From a virus, in the IMG/VR virus record IMGVR_UViG_3300032331_002448, positions 20,150 through 84,149 of that record: a stretch of 64,000 nucleotides of DNA; one strand, written 5' to 3'. A model generated the notes under the pieces. That model ran no database searches. It was not told where the DNA came from and saw only the letters and a list, made by a program, of their open reading frames with translations. The position numbers and the translations under genes were made by a program. This document shows, one piece after another, positions 46,975 through 55,750 of the stretch. Numbering within the stretch: the first letter of the stretch is position 1; each line of letters starts with the position of its first letter.

Positions 46975-47859
46975 ATGACCGTACCTGAAAGCCAACTGAT
47001 CATTGAATCTGAACTGACAGAAGCTCAGAAGTTAATTTACGGACGACGCAGAATTGTTGAAGCTTTCTATCAGTCAAACCCTGAGAAATTCAAAGATCTT
47101 CAAGCAAAAGACATCCATTCAATCACTCTGCAGGATGATCTTGTTTCTTGTTCTCTGGGTGATGTTGACCTTTATGTCCTTCGCTCTGCAGTTATCAAGA
47201 ACTTCTGGGACCATAGAACCAGAACTCCTTCGTTTTTCAGCTACAAGGTATGGGGTCAGGCTCTGACTTCAATGCCATGGAAAGGCACACCTGTTGGTGC
47301 TCTTGATTATGGACACAGCTTTAGTCGTGATGCGCTAGAGCCAGTGCTTGGTCGTGCTCCTCGACTTGCAGTAGACAAAGATGGGGTGCAAAAGTTATAT
47401 TTTGTTGACGAAGAACAGGACATGTGCAGCTGTGAATCGTGGTCTCAAATGCACATTCACAAGGAGGATATCAAGAAAGAGTTTGAACAATTTAGTGGCA
47501 TTAAATTCTATCCTATTTGTAAACATCGTCAATGGGTTTCTGCTTATCGAACTTTGCATGTGTTAAAGCAAATGTCTGATAAAGAAGGCCTTGCTTATAA
47601 CCCTCGGCTTTGTGTCTTTCATTATGATCATGGACACAATTTAATTCAGTACCGTGTTACTTATGACGGTGCCAAGGCAAACGGGCAGTGGTTGCCCGCT
47701 GCAGGCTGGAAAGAACGGCAGGTGTATGACGCTGCTGGGATGCCTACAGGAGCCTGTTGGGAGGTGCTGACCTCTGCCTTGGCTCAGACTCCGCCCTTCA
47801 AGCTCGTGCCCTACTCCCAGGCAGTGGCTGGGATTATGAACGCTACACGCTCACGCTGA
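46975..47859 (+). CDS. SWIM zinc-finger protein
   Basis: CSC...CKH pattern. Confidence 0.7.
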   Translation: MTVPESQLIIESELTEAQKLIYGRRRIVEAFYQSNPEKFKDLQAKDIHSITLQDDLVSCSLGDVDLYVLRSAVIKNFWDHRTRTPSFFSYKVWGQALTSMPWKGTPVGALDYGHSFSRDALEPVLGRAPRLAVDKDGVQKLYFVDEEQDMCSCESWSQMHIHKEDIKKEFEQFSGIKFYPICKHRQWVSAYRTLHVLKQMSDKEGLAYNPRLCVFHYDHGHNLIQYRVTYDGAKANGQWLPAAGWKERQVYDAAGMPTGACWEVLTSALAQTPPFKLVPYSQAVAGIMNATRSR

Positions 47860-47890
47860 TTCTTTCTGTTCCTTTATTTAATTTTTTGAC

Positions 47891-48490
47891 ATGGCTGACA
47901 ACGCTTCCTTTCTTCAACTTTCCGAGTCAATTCAAAACATTCAATTCCTTAAAGATACTCCTGAGGTATCAGAGGATGAACGAAAAGAATTAGAGCAGTA
48001 TCTCAGTGATCTTGCTTCCAGGCAGGAGTCAAAGTTTGATGCAATCATTGGCATGATCAAAAAGTGCGATGGTTATATTGAGGCACTGCAGAATGAAGCA
48101 AATGAAATACAGGCAAACCTTGAATCTTGGAAAAAGAATAAACAGAATATGATTAACATCATCAAGTTTGCTTACCAGCAGAATCTAATTAGTAACAAAC
48201 CTACAGGCATTAAATATCAGGCAACTATTAAAAAGGTTAAACCACGGCTAGTTGATAATTTTGCTAACTGGGATGAGGTAGAACGTGCTGAGTTTGGCCT
48301 TAGGAAAACTATAATTGTAACTCGTGTAAAAGATGAAACAATTTTAGATATTAAACATGAAGAACTTCCCGATAAAGATAGGGTAAGGGAAGAGCTGGTT
48401 GCTGATTCAGGTTTGGCACCAGTGTCAGCTCAATTGATTCCAGGAGTTTCTTTTGTTTATGCGCGTCGCAAACGGTTGACGGCTAGTTAA
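47891..48490 (+). CDS. siphovirus Gp157-like protein
   Basis: Coiled-coil [12 protein letters not shown]...IEALQNEA; C-terminal IPGV. Confidence 0.65.
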   Translation: MADNASFLQLSESIQNIQFLKDTPEVSEDERKELEQYLSDLASRQESKFDAIIGMIKKCDGYIEALQNEANEIQANLESWKKNKQNMINIIKFAYQQNLISNKPTGIKYQATIKKVKPRLVDNFANWDEVERAEFGLRKTIIVTRVKDETILDIKHEELPDKDRVREELVADSGLAPVSAQLIPGVSFVYARRKRLTAS

Positions 48491-48523
48491 ACTATTTATG
48501 ACCTTGACAAATTGCAATGAAAC

Positions 48524-49084
48524 ATGACTTACACTGATCAATTTGGTATTGGCGACATTGTTGTTAGAATTGGCGGCAGAAAGCCAGCTCAAATTGAACG
48601 TACCACTTGGCGTACTAAAGATTCTTACAATGGAACTCATTGGTATTGCAAATACCTTCCACCAGGGAAGGGCGGTTTTGAAACTTACGACGGCTTATTA
48701 AAACCTTACGACAACCCTGAGGAAACAATGTCTGAAACAAAAACGCTTTACTCTTTCAAAAAAGAAGATGGCACCATTGGTTATGGCAGTCACATCGGTA
48801 CTAACTCAAGTAACAACTACTTGATTGAGGAAAAAGGCACTGGAGAAATCCACGTCTTTAATGTTAAAGATCTGGAAGAAGTTCTTCCTTATACGTTCTC
48901 TGCAACTATCGCAGGCAAAGAAACGCACTATGTTTGCGCTCCAGATGCTGTAAAGAAAGGTGACTATCTTCTTTATACGTCAGGTAGTACGCCGCAAATT
49001 GCTGTGGTTACTGCTATTGATACAAAAAACAAAGCGGCACGTTCCAAGTTCCGTGGCAAACGCCTTTTGCTAGAGGACCTGTAA
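48524..49084 (+). CDS. hypothetical protein
   Basis: ORF track. Confidence 0.6.
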   Translation: MTYTDQFGIGDIVVRIGGRKPAQIERTTWRTKDSYNGTHWYCKYLPPGKGGFETYDGLLKPYDNPEETMSETKTLYSFKKEDGTIGYGSHIGTNSSNNYLIEEKGTGEIHVFNVKDLEEVLPYTFSATIAGKETHYVCAPDAVKKGDYLLYTSGSTPQIAVVTAIDTKNKAARSKFRGKRLLLEDL

Positions 49085-49101
49085 TCTGCTAAGATTGCAA
49101 A

Positions 49102-49304
49102 GACAGAGCTGAAACCTCTGTTGAGTCCTTGAGGCTCCTCACGTTTCAGCCTTCACGTTCTTCCGGTACCGGAGGGGTCGCGCTTGTTAGCCTCATTGAC
49201 AAGCTCATCAGGGATGGAACCTGAACATACAGGGCAGTCAGCTTCCAAACCTGACGTAAGCCCCGCCCCCTTCAAGCCTCCTAACAGTGCTCAAACAGAA
49301 GGGG
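49102..49304 (+). ncRNA. candidate multi-pseudoknot structured RNA
   Basis: Six consecutive hairpins with complementary loops; TGCTAAGAT extended -10 just upstream. Confidence 0.6.
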
Positions 49305-49308
49305 TTCT

Positions 49309-49373
49309 GGCGCCTAGACTGGAAGTCGTTGAGCCCATAGCTCAGAAGATCCGTTCGATTCGGATAGGCGCCC
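49309..49373 (+). tRNA. minimal tRNA-like element, anticodon CAT
   Basis: GGCGCCT/AGGCGCC acceptor, GAC/GTC D-arm, TTGAG-CCCATAG-CTCAG, ATCCG-TTCGATT-CGGAT; no encoded CCA. Confidence 0.65.
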
Positions 49374-49390
49374 TTGATTTGTGTAGAAAT

Positions 49391-49720
49391 ATGAAGATTC
49401 ATTGGGCGCTGGCGGCAGCTGCTTTATTTTTGTGGAGCCTCTTTGGTTTCTTTGTGTCTGAAGCAAATCTTAATGTTGACCCTCAGGCGCCAGAGCCTGC
49501 TAAGGTTTATCCAATCTACGGGTACAGCAAAATTGAACAGTGTACTTCAGCTTCTAAAGTTAAAAAGAAAGGGGTTCGCTGTTGGGAAGTTGAAATTGTT
49601 GACGACAATATTCCCATCACTAACGAGCTTATGGAAGCCCTTCAATGGAAAGAAGATGATGTAATCGAATGGCAAGTAACTGAAGACGGTTTCCTTTCTT
49701 TCAAGCGAGCTGAAAAGTAA
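49391..49720 (+). CDS. membrane-anchored protein with AbrB-like C-terminus
   Basis: ATG 49391; TM helix; IPITNELMEALQWKEDDVIEW. Confidence 0.55.
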   Translation: MKIHWALAAAALFLWSLFGFFVSEANLNVDPQAPEPAKVYPIYGYSKIEQCTSASKVKKKGVRCWEVEIVDDNIPITNELMEALQWKEDDVIEWQVTEDGFLSFKRAEK

Positions 49721-49882
49721 TGGACTTAAAAACAATTAAAGAGTCCCTAATTCGTAGGCTTGCTGTTAATTATGTTTCCTATTTAGGGCAACAACAACAA
49801 AACAGAGTTACAGATGATTGGTGCGAAGGTTATTTTCAAGCCAAGAAAGATGCTGAAAACTTTTTAAAACAAATCGAGGTAT

Positions 49883-50083
49883 TTGATCGTGAGTAACAAC
49901 ACTTCTTCTGATGGTGGCATTGGTTTTTGCGGTGCATTAACTATTCTTTTTATTGGATTAAAACTTGGCCATGTAATTGATTGGCCTTGGATTTGGGTGC
50001 TTGCTCCTACATGGATTACACTCTTAATTGCCTTTGCGTTTATTGCAACTGCTGGTATTATTATTTATCTTAAAAATAAATGA
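49883..50083 (+). CDS. small two-TM protein
   Basis: GIGFCGALTILFIGLKLGHVIDWPWIWVLAP, a common phage membrane-protein pattern. Confidence 0.75.
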   Translation: MIVSNNTSSDGGIGFCGALTILFIGLKLGHVIDWPWIWVLAPTWITLLIAFAFIATAGIIIYLKNK

Positions 50084-50110
50084 ACTAAACTGGCAAAGTG
50101 TTTATTTGAA

Positions 50111-51985
50111 TTAACGACGTTGGAAAAATGTTGACAGCATTCCAGGAAGGGTACTTCCTGGGATTTGCCCTGGGAGTTGTCTTAAATAATCTCCAGCTCC
50201 TTTAGCTGCTTCGCTGAATCCAAACTCAAGTCGAGATGGATTAAACCGTTGCTTTGCTAGTTCTAATCCTTTTTGCAACGGGTTAAGGCTAATCTGTCGT
50301 AAATGTTCTGTTCGTTGTGTAGGTGTCATTTGAGTAATTGTTTGTGGCGTATAATTTGGTTGTAAACTTTGGCGATAACCAGGGCTTGCTACTCCAGTGC
50401 GACGGCGTACTCCTAAAGCTTGTTCCCATTTAGATTGCAGTCCTTCTCCAGTCTGATGTTCCACAACTCTGTTAAGAGCTTGTGCGCCACGAATTGCAAG
50501 CATTCCACCGGCAACGCCTGTTGTTAACGGATTTAAAGCAGCTGCTGCTTGAGGCGCTAAAGCTGTTGCTGTTCCAATGGCGGCAGCTGTCGGAAGTCCT
50601 CTTGCAAAATCTCCTGCCATTTGTTGAGCACCTTGTACTGGTTTGTTTGCATAGAAAGAATCAATTGCTTCTGGAGAAGGAATTAAGTCTGCTGCGCCAG
50701 GAAGAATTGATGCTTTAATTCCTTGTCTTGCTCGATAAATAGGAGAGTCAGTAGTAAGAACAGGTTTTGTAAAGTCAACACGATTTGTTCTTTCAAGCAA
50801 CCCTAAAGGATTGTTTCTTAAAGCAGAAACATCTTGTGTTTCTGGCATGTTATAAATTGTTCTAATTAAAGAATCTTTTAGACTCCCAGGATCAAATTCA
50901 CGTGTACCAGCAGCACTGCTTTCCCAAGTAGTTGGTCCAACACGTGTACTAAGAATCCCAAGTAGATCAGAAGTAAGTGCGCCTTTTGTAAGCATTCGAT
51001 AGGCTCTTGCTCGTGGTCCTTTACTGCCTCCCATTGGACTTGCTGTAACGTCAGAACCTACAGGAACATCTTCTAAAGCTTGCCCTAATGTGTAATGTAA
51101 CGCGGGAGAAAGCAAAGGGTCACGAATAGCTCCAGGTTTTTTTGATTCATATCCTTCTGGTCCTTTAAAGTAAATATCGTGACTGCTAGGGTTTCCTTGA
51201 TTGGCTGGAACGATAGAAGAAGAAACTCTAGAACCAAAAGGAGATTCGTATGTAACAGTTTTTCGTTTGTCTCCAACTGTAACAGGTTCAAAATCTCTTA
51301 AAAATTCTGCGCCTCTTGCATTAAGAAATTGACCAGGTTGAAGTCGGCTTTCAGGAGAAACTACTGGATTGCGTAACTTTAAAGGCTCAGCAATAAAATC
51401 TGGAAATTTAAACTTATCTAAAAATTCTTTTCCTTTTTGTTTAGCTAAAGGAGAAATAACAGATGGATCAATTTGAAACCTATCCTTAAAATCTTCTGCT
51501 TCTGCGCGATCGGCAAAAGTTGTGTTTCTGTCTAAATAATGCCTCCAATAAGATTCTCGTCTTGAATCAAAATTATTTTCTTTTGCTAAACTAGCTGCAC
51601 TCCCTATTGCATTGGAGACATTCCTAGTAATTTCTCGTGGATTTTCTGTATCAGGAAGTTGATTTACTCGATTAATAGTATCCGCTAATATGTTGGTATT
51701 TACGTCTTTAAAATTCTTTATGTAATTTTGCAGTCCTTCTTTGAAAGAAGTTACCGGAGGATTTTGCTCATACGGATTTAGAATCCTATTTAGGTAATCA
51801 GGAGAAACCTGGGAAGTCTGATTAGGAATACTATATGCTGGAGTTCTTTGTGGTAACTCACTTTGATTTTCTGATTCTAGCTGCGACTGCACTCTCTGCG
51901 ACTGCACTCTTGCCCAATTTTCGTAATCATTATCATTAAATTCTAGTTCTGGTCCTCCACCCCTAGAAAGACGAGTATAAGGCAT
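50111..51985 (-). CDS. large hypothetical protein
   Basis: 624-aa ORF; no recognised domain. Confidence 0.6.
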   Translation of the reverse strand: MPYTRLSRGGGPELEFNDNDYENWARVQSQRVQSQLESENQSELPQRTPAYSIPNQTSQVSPDYLNRILNPYEQNPPVTSFKEGLQNYIKNFKDVNTNILADTINRVNQLPDTENPREITRNVSNAIGSAASLAKENNFDSRRESYWRHYLDRNTTFADRAEAEDFKDRFQIDPSVISPLAKQKGKEFLDKFKFPDFIAEPLKLRNPVVSPESRLQPGQFLNARGAEFLRDFEPVTVGDKRKTVTYESPFGSRVSSSIVPANQGNPSSHDIYFKGPEGYESKKPGAIRDPLLSPALHYTLGQALEDVPVGSDVTASPMGGSKGPRARAYRMLTKGALTSDLLGILSTRVGPTTWESSAAGTREFDPGSLKDSLIRTIYNMPETQDVSALRNNPLGLLERTNRVDFTKPVLTTDSPIYRARQGIKASILPGAADLIPSPEAIDSFYANKPVQGAQQMAGDFARGLPTAAAIGTATALAPQAAAALNPLTTGVAGGMLAIRGAQALNRVVEHQTGEGLQSKWEQALGVRRRTGVASPGYRQSLQPNYTPQTITQMTPTQRTEHLRQISLNPLQKGLELAKQRFNPSRLEFGFSEAAKGAGDYLRQLPGQIPGSTLPGMLSTFFQRR

Positions 51986-52006
51986 TTTTTTTCTTTTTTT
52001 ACTATT

Positions 52007-53311
52007 CTACCTGCTAATCTCTTCCCAGTCCATTGCAGCATAGATGTTGGTATTAGTTGCATTAGATGCTGCTACAAGCGTAGTTTCAAACGGAGTGCTA
52101 GTAAATGTGTTGCGTTCTAACTGAAACTTAAACAAAGCTTCTTTAAGAATGTCTACAGCACTTACTGCTTGGTTTGATGCACTGATAAATCCTTGGGCTA
52201 AGATGCGTCCTCCTGTAAAGCTGGTTCCTGTAATGTTGTACTCAACAGCTGAGTCAGTACCAGCACTTACCCATGTGCCTCCAGTGGTTGCACCAGATGC
52301 AACAAGCTGCCAATTGTAGTTAGCATTATTGGTAATCCCCATAATGGATAGTGCAGTAATAATTGCAATTGCATCTAATCTATTGGGAGATGTTTTTAAT
52401 CTAAGAGAAACAATTGGGTAATAAGTACCTGCAAGAGTTAAGTTTTTTGGTGTTGTAATTGGTGTGGCAACTCCTTGTTGAGCGCCACGCAGTTCATAGC
52501 CTCCTTCTGATAAAACAGTAGAGCAAATTTGTTTTAGTGTGCTGTTGCTAGCAGTTGCTCCTGTATTCTCAATCTCATAACGCAATGGCAAAGATGCTGT
52601 TGTAATGTATGTTGAAGTAATTAGGTTTGCATGTTCAAATTCATGGCAAAGAATAAACTTACCATCAATAACAAACCCTAAACGTACAGTGCCAAGGCCC
52701 AACCACTCAATGTCCATCCAAAGGATCTGAGCTTTGGTAATATCAAGTTGGATGCCAGATGGCCCTGACCCATCCATTGGGTCAATGTTCCAGGCTGACT
52801 GTGCAGCTTTTGTTTCTGCTAAAACGCCACTAACTGAACTGCGTTCAACAAAAGAAAGCAAAGTTCCATCAAGCTCCAGGTACATGCCATTAGCGTCTCC
52901 GTAATACCCAACACGTTGTCTAAGGTTGGCTTTTGCAGAACCAAAAACAAATGTTGTCATTATCAGCAGTGACTTGCCTGGCTGGTAAGAAAAAACTTTT
53001 GTTGTTTCTCGATAGACCTTGGAGCCTGACGTAGTAGTGGTTGTCAGGTTAACCAAGCCTTCATTTACACTAAAGGTTGCTGCACCGCCAGATGCTGTCA
53101 GTGTGTCCCAAAGTCCGTTGTCTCGATACCGATGACTGGAATCAAACAACGTAAGCGGATTGGAAACCCGTTGCCTACCAAAAGCATCCAGTGATGTTGG
53201 TTTAATGCCTGCGCCAGGATCAGTTGTTACTTTGACAGGAACATTATCGTAATTCTTGACTTGAACAACTTCGTACCGCAGGTCATCACTAGGATCAATA
53301 ATGGTTGCCAC
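52007..53311 (-). CDS. beta-rich virion structural/spike-like protein
   Basis: DAFGRQRVSNPLTLFDS, YQPGKS and EWLGLG motifs typical of cyanophage structural proteins. Confidence 0.65.
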   Translation of the reverse strand: MATIIDPSDDLRYEVVQVKNYDNVPVKVTTDPGAGIKPTSLDAFGRQRVSNPLTLFDSSHRYRDNGLWDTLTASGGAATFSVNEGLVNLTTTTTSGSKVYRETTKVFSYQPGKSLLIMTTFVFGSAKANLRQRVGYYGDANGMYLELDGTLLSFVERSSVSGVLAETKAAQSAWNIDPMDGSGPSGIQLDITKAQILWMDIEWLGLGTVRLGFVIDGKFILCHEFEHANLITSTYITTASLPLRYEIENTGATASNSTLKQICSTVLSEGGYELRGAQQGVATPITTPKNLTLAGTYYPIVSLRLKTSPNRLDAIAIITALSIMGITNNANYNWQLVASGATTGGTWVSAGTDSAVEYNITGTSFTGGRILAQGFISASNQAVSAVDILKEALFKFQLERNTFTSTPFETTLVAASNATNTNIYAAMDWEEISR

Positions 53312-53398
53312 TAATTTTTGTTCTCTTTTTATTTAGTGTAGCTGGTTGCACTACGGTATAACAAGGTTAAGCTCTTAAGGTAGTAAATATTTTGTTCC

Positions 53399-54259
53399 AT
53401 GAAACCTCGGAATTGGAACTCCCGTCGGATTACCTACAAGGGTCAGGCATCTGAAATCCTTGAGCCAATCGTTTTTGAAGGCTACACAATTAAAGTTCTG
53501 CGCCACGGGAATACAGGTCACATCCTTTATTACGCGCCACGGCTGGAGGATCTTGAACCTTGTTGGACTATGGACCTTACTACTGCCCAGAATGGTGTTC
53601 TGAAATTCAATGAACAACAAACAGGTAGTAGTGATCTACAATCGGTTAAGTAATTAGCTATAGATAGGACCAGTGGTTAGGCCAACGTTAAACACCAAAG
53701 AGCTGATGGATGACCTTGCCTGGAGCATCCACGAATACTTGATGAAGGAGGCAACTCCGTTTAATGGTGGCCACCTGGTCCTTATCCCTATTACTGCCCT
53801 AGTTAAAAAATTTGAACGGAATCACCGTACAATTGCTAGGCGGTTAGCTGCTTTGAAAGATGAAGGGATGCTTATTCCTTTGATCAAGAAAGATTTTGTT
53901 ACCTTGTATTGGATTAAAGATCAGGATGAAGACTGATGCCTACCAATGAACCTAACCAACCAAACCAGTTAAATGATCTGGTTTGGTTGTTTTCTTCTTT
54001 AACAGATAACGGTAAGTCCTTGCGGGCGTTTCTTAATCATCCGCAAGAACTAGGCGTTTGCATTTTAACTGCTGGGTTGCTGGCTAACAGCAGGCTTCAT
54101 TTGGATCCTGATGATGCAATCAAGGTTTCCTTTGAAGTTTATTCCAAAGTGCAGACGCACGTTGCTCGTCATCAATCATTGGCTTTTGCTGCCAACGTCG
54201 ATAATTGTTTCAGGCAGGAGCACCCTGAAGTGGAGCAAGGTGAAGTCGAAGGAGACTGA
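53399..54259 (+). other. three small ORFs, the middle one (53673..53936) HTH-like
   Basis: ITALVKKFERNHRTIARRLAALKDEGML. Confidence 0.55.
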
Positions 54260-54626
54260 CGTAATCTCGATCAAACGTACGCAGCTGTACGCGTTTTGCT
54301 CCTACAGCTTCCTTTAAGGTTTCGATTGCTTGCTCTGGGTTGGTTCGTGTGCCACAGGTAAAGGCATCAACGGTGGCATAGCCTAGCTCAGGCCAGGTGT
54401 GGATTGAGATGTGAGACTCAGCCAGTAGGGCAAAGGCAGTGATGCCCTGGGGCTCAAAAGAGTGACTGACAATGTTTAGAAGTTTGGCGTTGGCTTTGAT
54501 AGCAGCTTCTTCTAGTGCGGTGCAGATATCGCTTTTACTGTTTAGGATGGCAGCGTCGGCTTCGTAAAATTCTCCGAGACAGTGGCGACCCACTGGATTT
54601 GTTTGATGCACTGCCGACATACGCAC
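54210..54626 (-). CDS. speD: S-adenosylmethionine decarboxylase proenzyme family
   Basis: HSFEPQGIT...LLAESHISIHTWPELGYATVDAFTCG. Confidence 0.92.
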   Translation of the reverse strand: MRMSAVHQTNPVGRHCLGEFYEADAAILNSKSDICTALEEAAIKANAKLLNIVSHSFEPQGITAFALLAESHISIHTWPELGYATVDAFTCGTRTNPEQAIETLKEAVGAKRVQLRTFDRDYVSLLRLHLAPLQGAPA

Positions 54627-54710
54627 TTTGTTTTTATTGTAAGTCCGTACCCCTACACGGGCTTGCTTTTGACGTAAAAGTTGCTAAACTCATTCATTGG
54701 CCGTTGATCT

Positions 54711-55637
54711 ATGACCCCCGTTACTCTGGATGTTACGGCTGAAGTGCTTGAAAAGCTATACGAAAGCAAGATTTACCCTACGTACTCTAAGAGTGCATCG
54801 TACACTCAGTTTTTGGAGTACCGCAGCGACGGCGACACACGGTTAACAATTAATGGAAGTCGCCATTACAAAACTCCCTACGGTGCTTTGCCTTCGGTAA
54901 CGACAATTCTGTCTGCTACCAGTGGAAACAAAGCGGCATTAGAACGCTGGGCAAAGAAAAACCCAGGAGGTAGGGAAGCTGCGGCTGCTCGTGGTACCAA
55001 GGTTCACTCTTTAATGGAAGAGTACCTTTTAGGTATCAACAAAGACCCTCAAATTGATGATGAAGAAATTGCCCAGTTCTGGGAAGGACTACCTGAAAAA
55101 CTTGACAAGCTTGATAACGTCATTTGGGCAGAAAATCCGGCCAACCCTTCAGATTTCAGCTGGACAATGGGAGGAGATGGAATTTCCCGTGTTTGGCATC
55201 CAGGTGTACATGAAACGGAAACCTGGGGGTGGGCTGGAGCACCTGATATTGTTGCTGAATATCAAGGGCAAACTGTTCTTGGAGACCTCAAAACCAGCAA
55301 CGGTCTTTACTTCAGCAAGTGGCCAGGGCCTGAAACACCGCGAGATCAGTATGGAATGAAGCGTGCTGGCTTCATGAAATATCAGAAGTGTCAAATGCAA
55401 ATGGCAGCTTATGCTTTAGCTTTGGAGCATACTGTTGGCATTGTTCCCAAGATCTTGATGATCTTTGTTGCTACCAAAGAACGCCCTCAGGTGTTTGCAG
55501 TGCAGGGTTCCACGATTGAAAAGTACAAGAACAAGTGGCTGGAAGCTGTTAACAAGTATTACTCTGAGATTTTACCGTCTCAAAATAAGACCGAGTTGGA
55601 TATGGAAGTCATTGATGGGGACCGAGAGCAAGCCTGA
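54711..55637 (+). CDS. PD-(D/E)XK exonuclease
   Basis: PSVTTIL, RGTKVH, GAPD, GDLKTS and QMAAYA motifs. Confidence 0.85.
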   Translation: MTPVTLDVTAEVLEKLYESKIYPTYSKSASYTQFLEYRSDGDTRLTINGSRHYKTPYGALPSVTTILSATSGNKAALERWAKKNPGGREAAAARGTKVHSLMEEYLLGINKDPQIDDEEIAQFWEGLPEKLDKLDNVIWAENPANPSDFSWTMGGDGISRVWHPGVHETETWGWAGAPDIVAEYQGQTVLGDLKTSNGLYFSKWPGPETPRDQYGMKRAGFMKYQKCQMQMAAYALALEHTVGIVPKILMIFVATKERPQVFAVQGSTIEKYKNKWLEAVNKYYSEILPSQNKTELDMEVIDGDREQA

Positions 55638-55750
55638 GTCAGGCAAGCGTGTGTCCAGTACATTGAGATGATCGCTGGCGGGCAGTGTCTGTGATTACAG
55701 ACTAAACTGAGAACAAGACCTGTCTGTCCTCTCACTCAAAGTAACAGATT

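Noticed and set aside
49102-49373. tmRNA or HDV-like/theta ribozyme
   Set aside because: No Ala acceptor identity (G3-U70) or tag ORF, and no P3/P1.1 nested topology
49184-49390. N-terminal extension of ORF 49184..49720
   Set aside because: TTG start without RBS running across the structured RNA and tRNA-like element; ATG 49391 is more plausible
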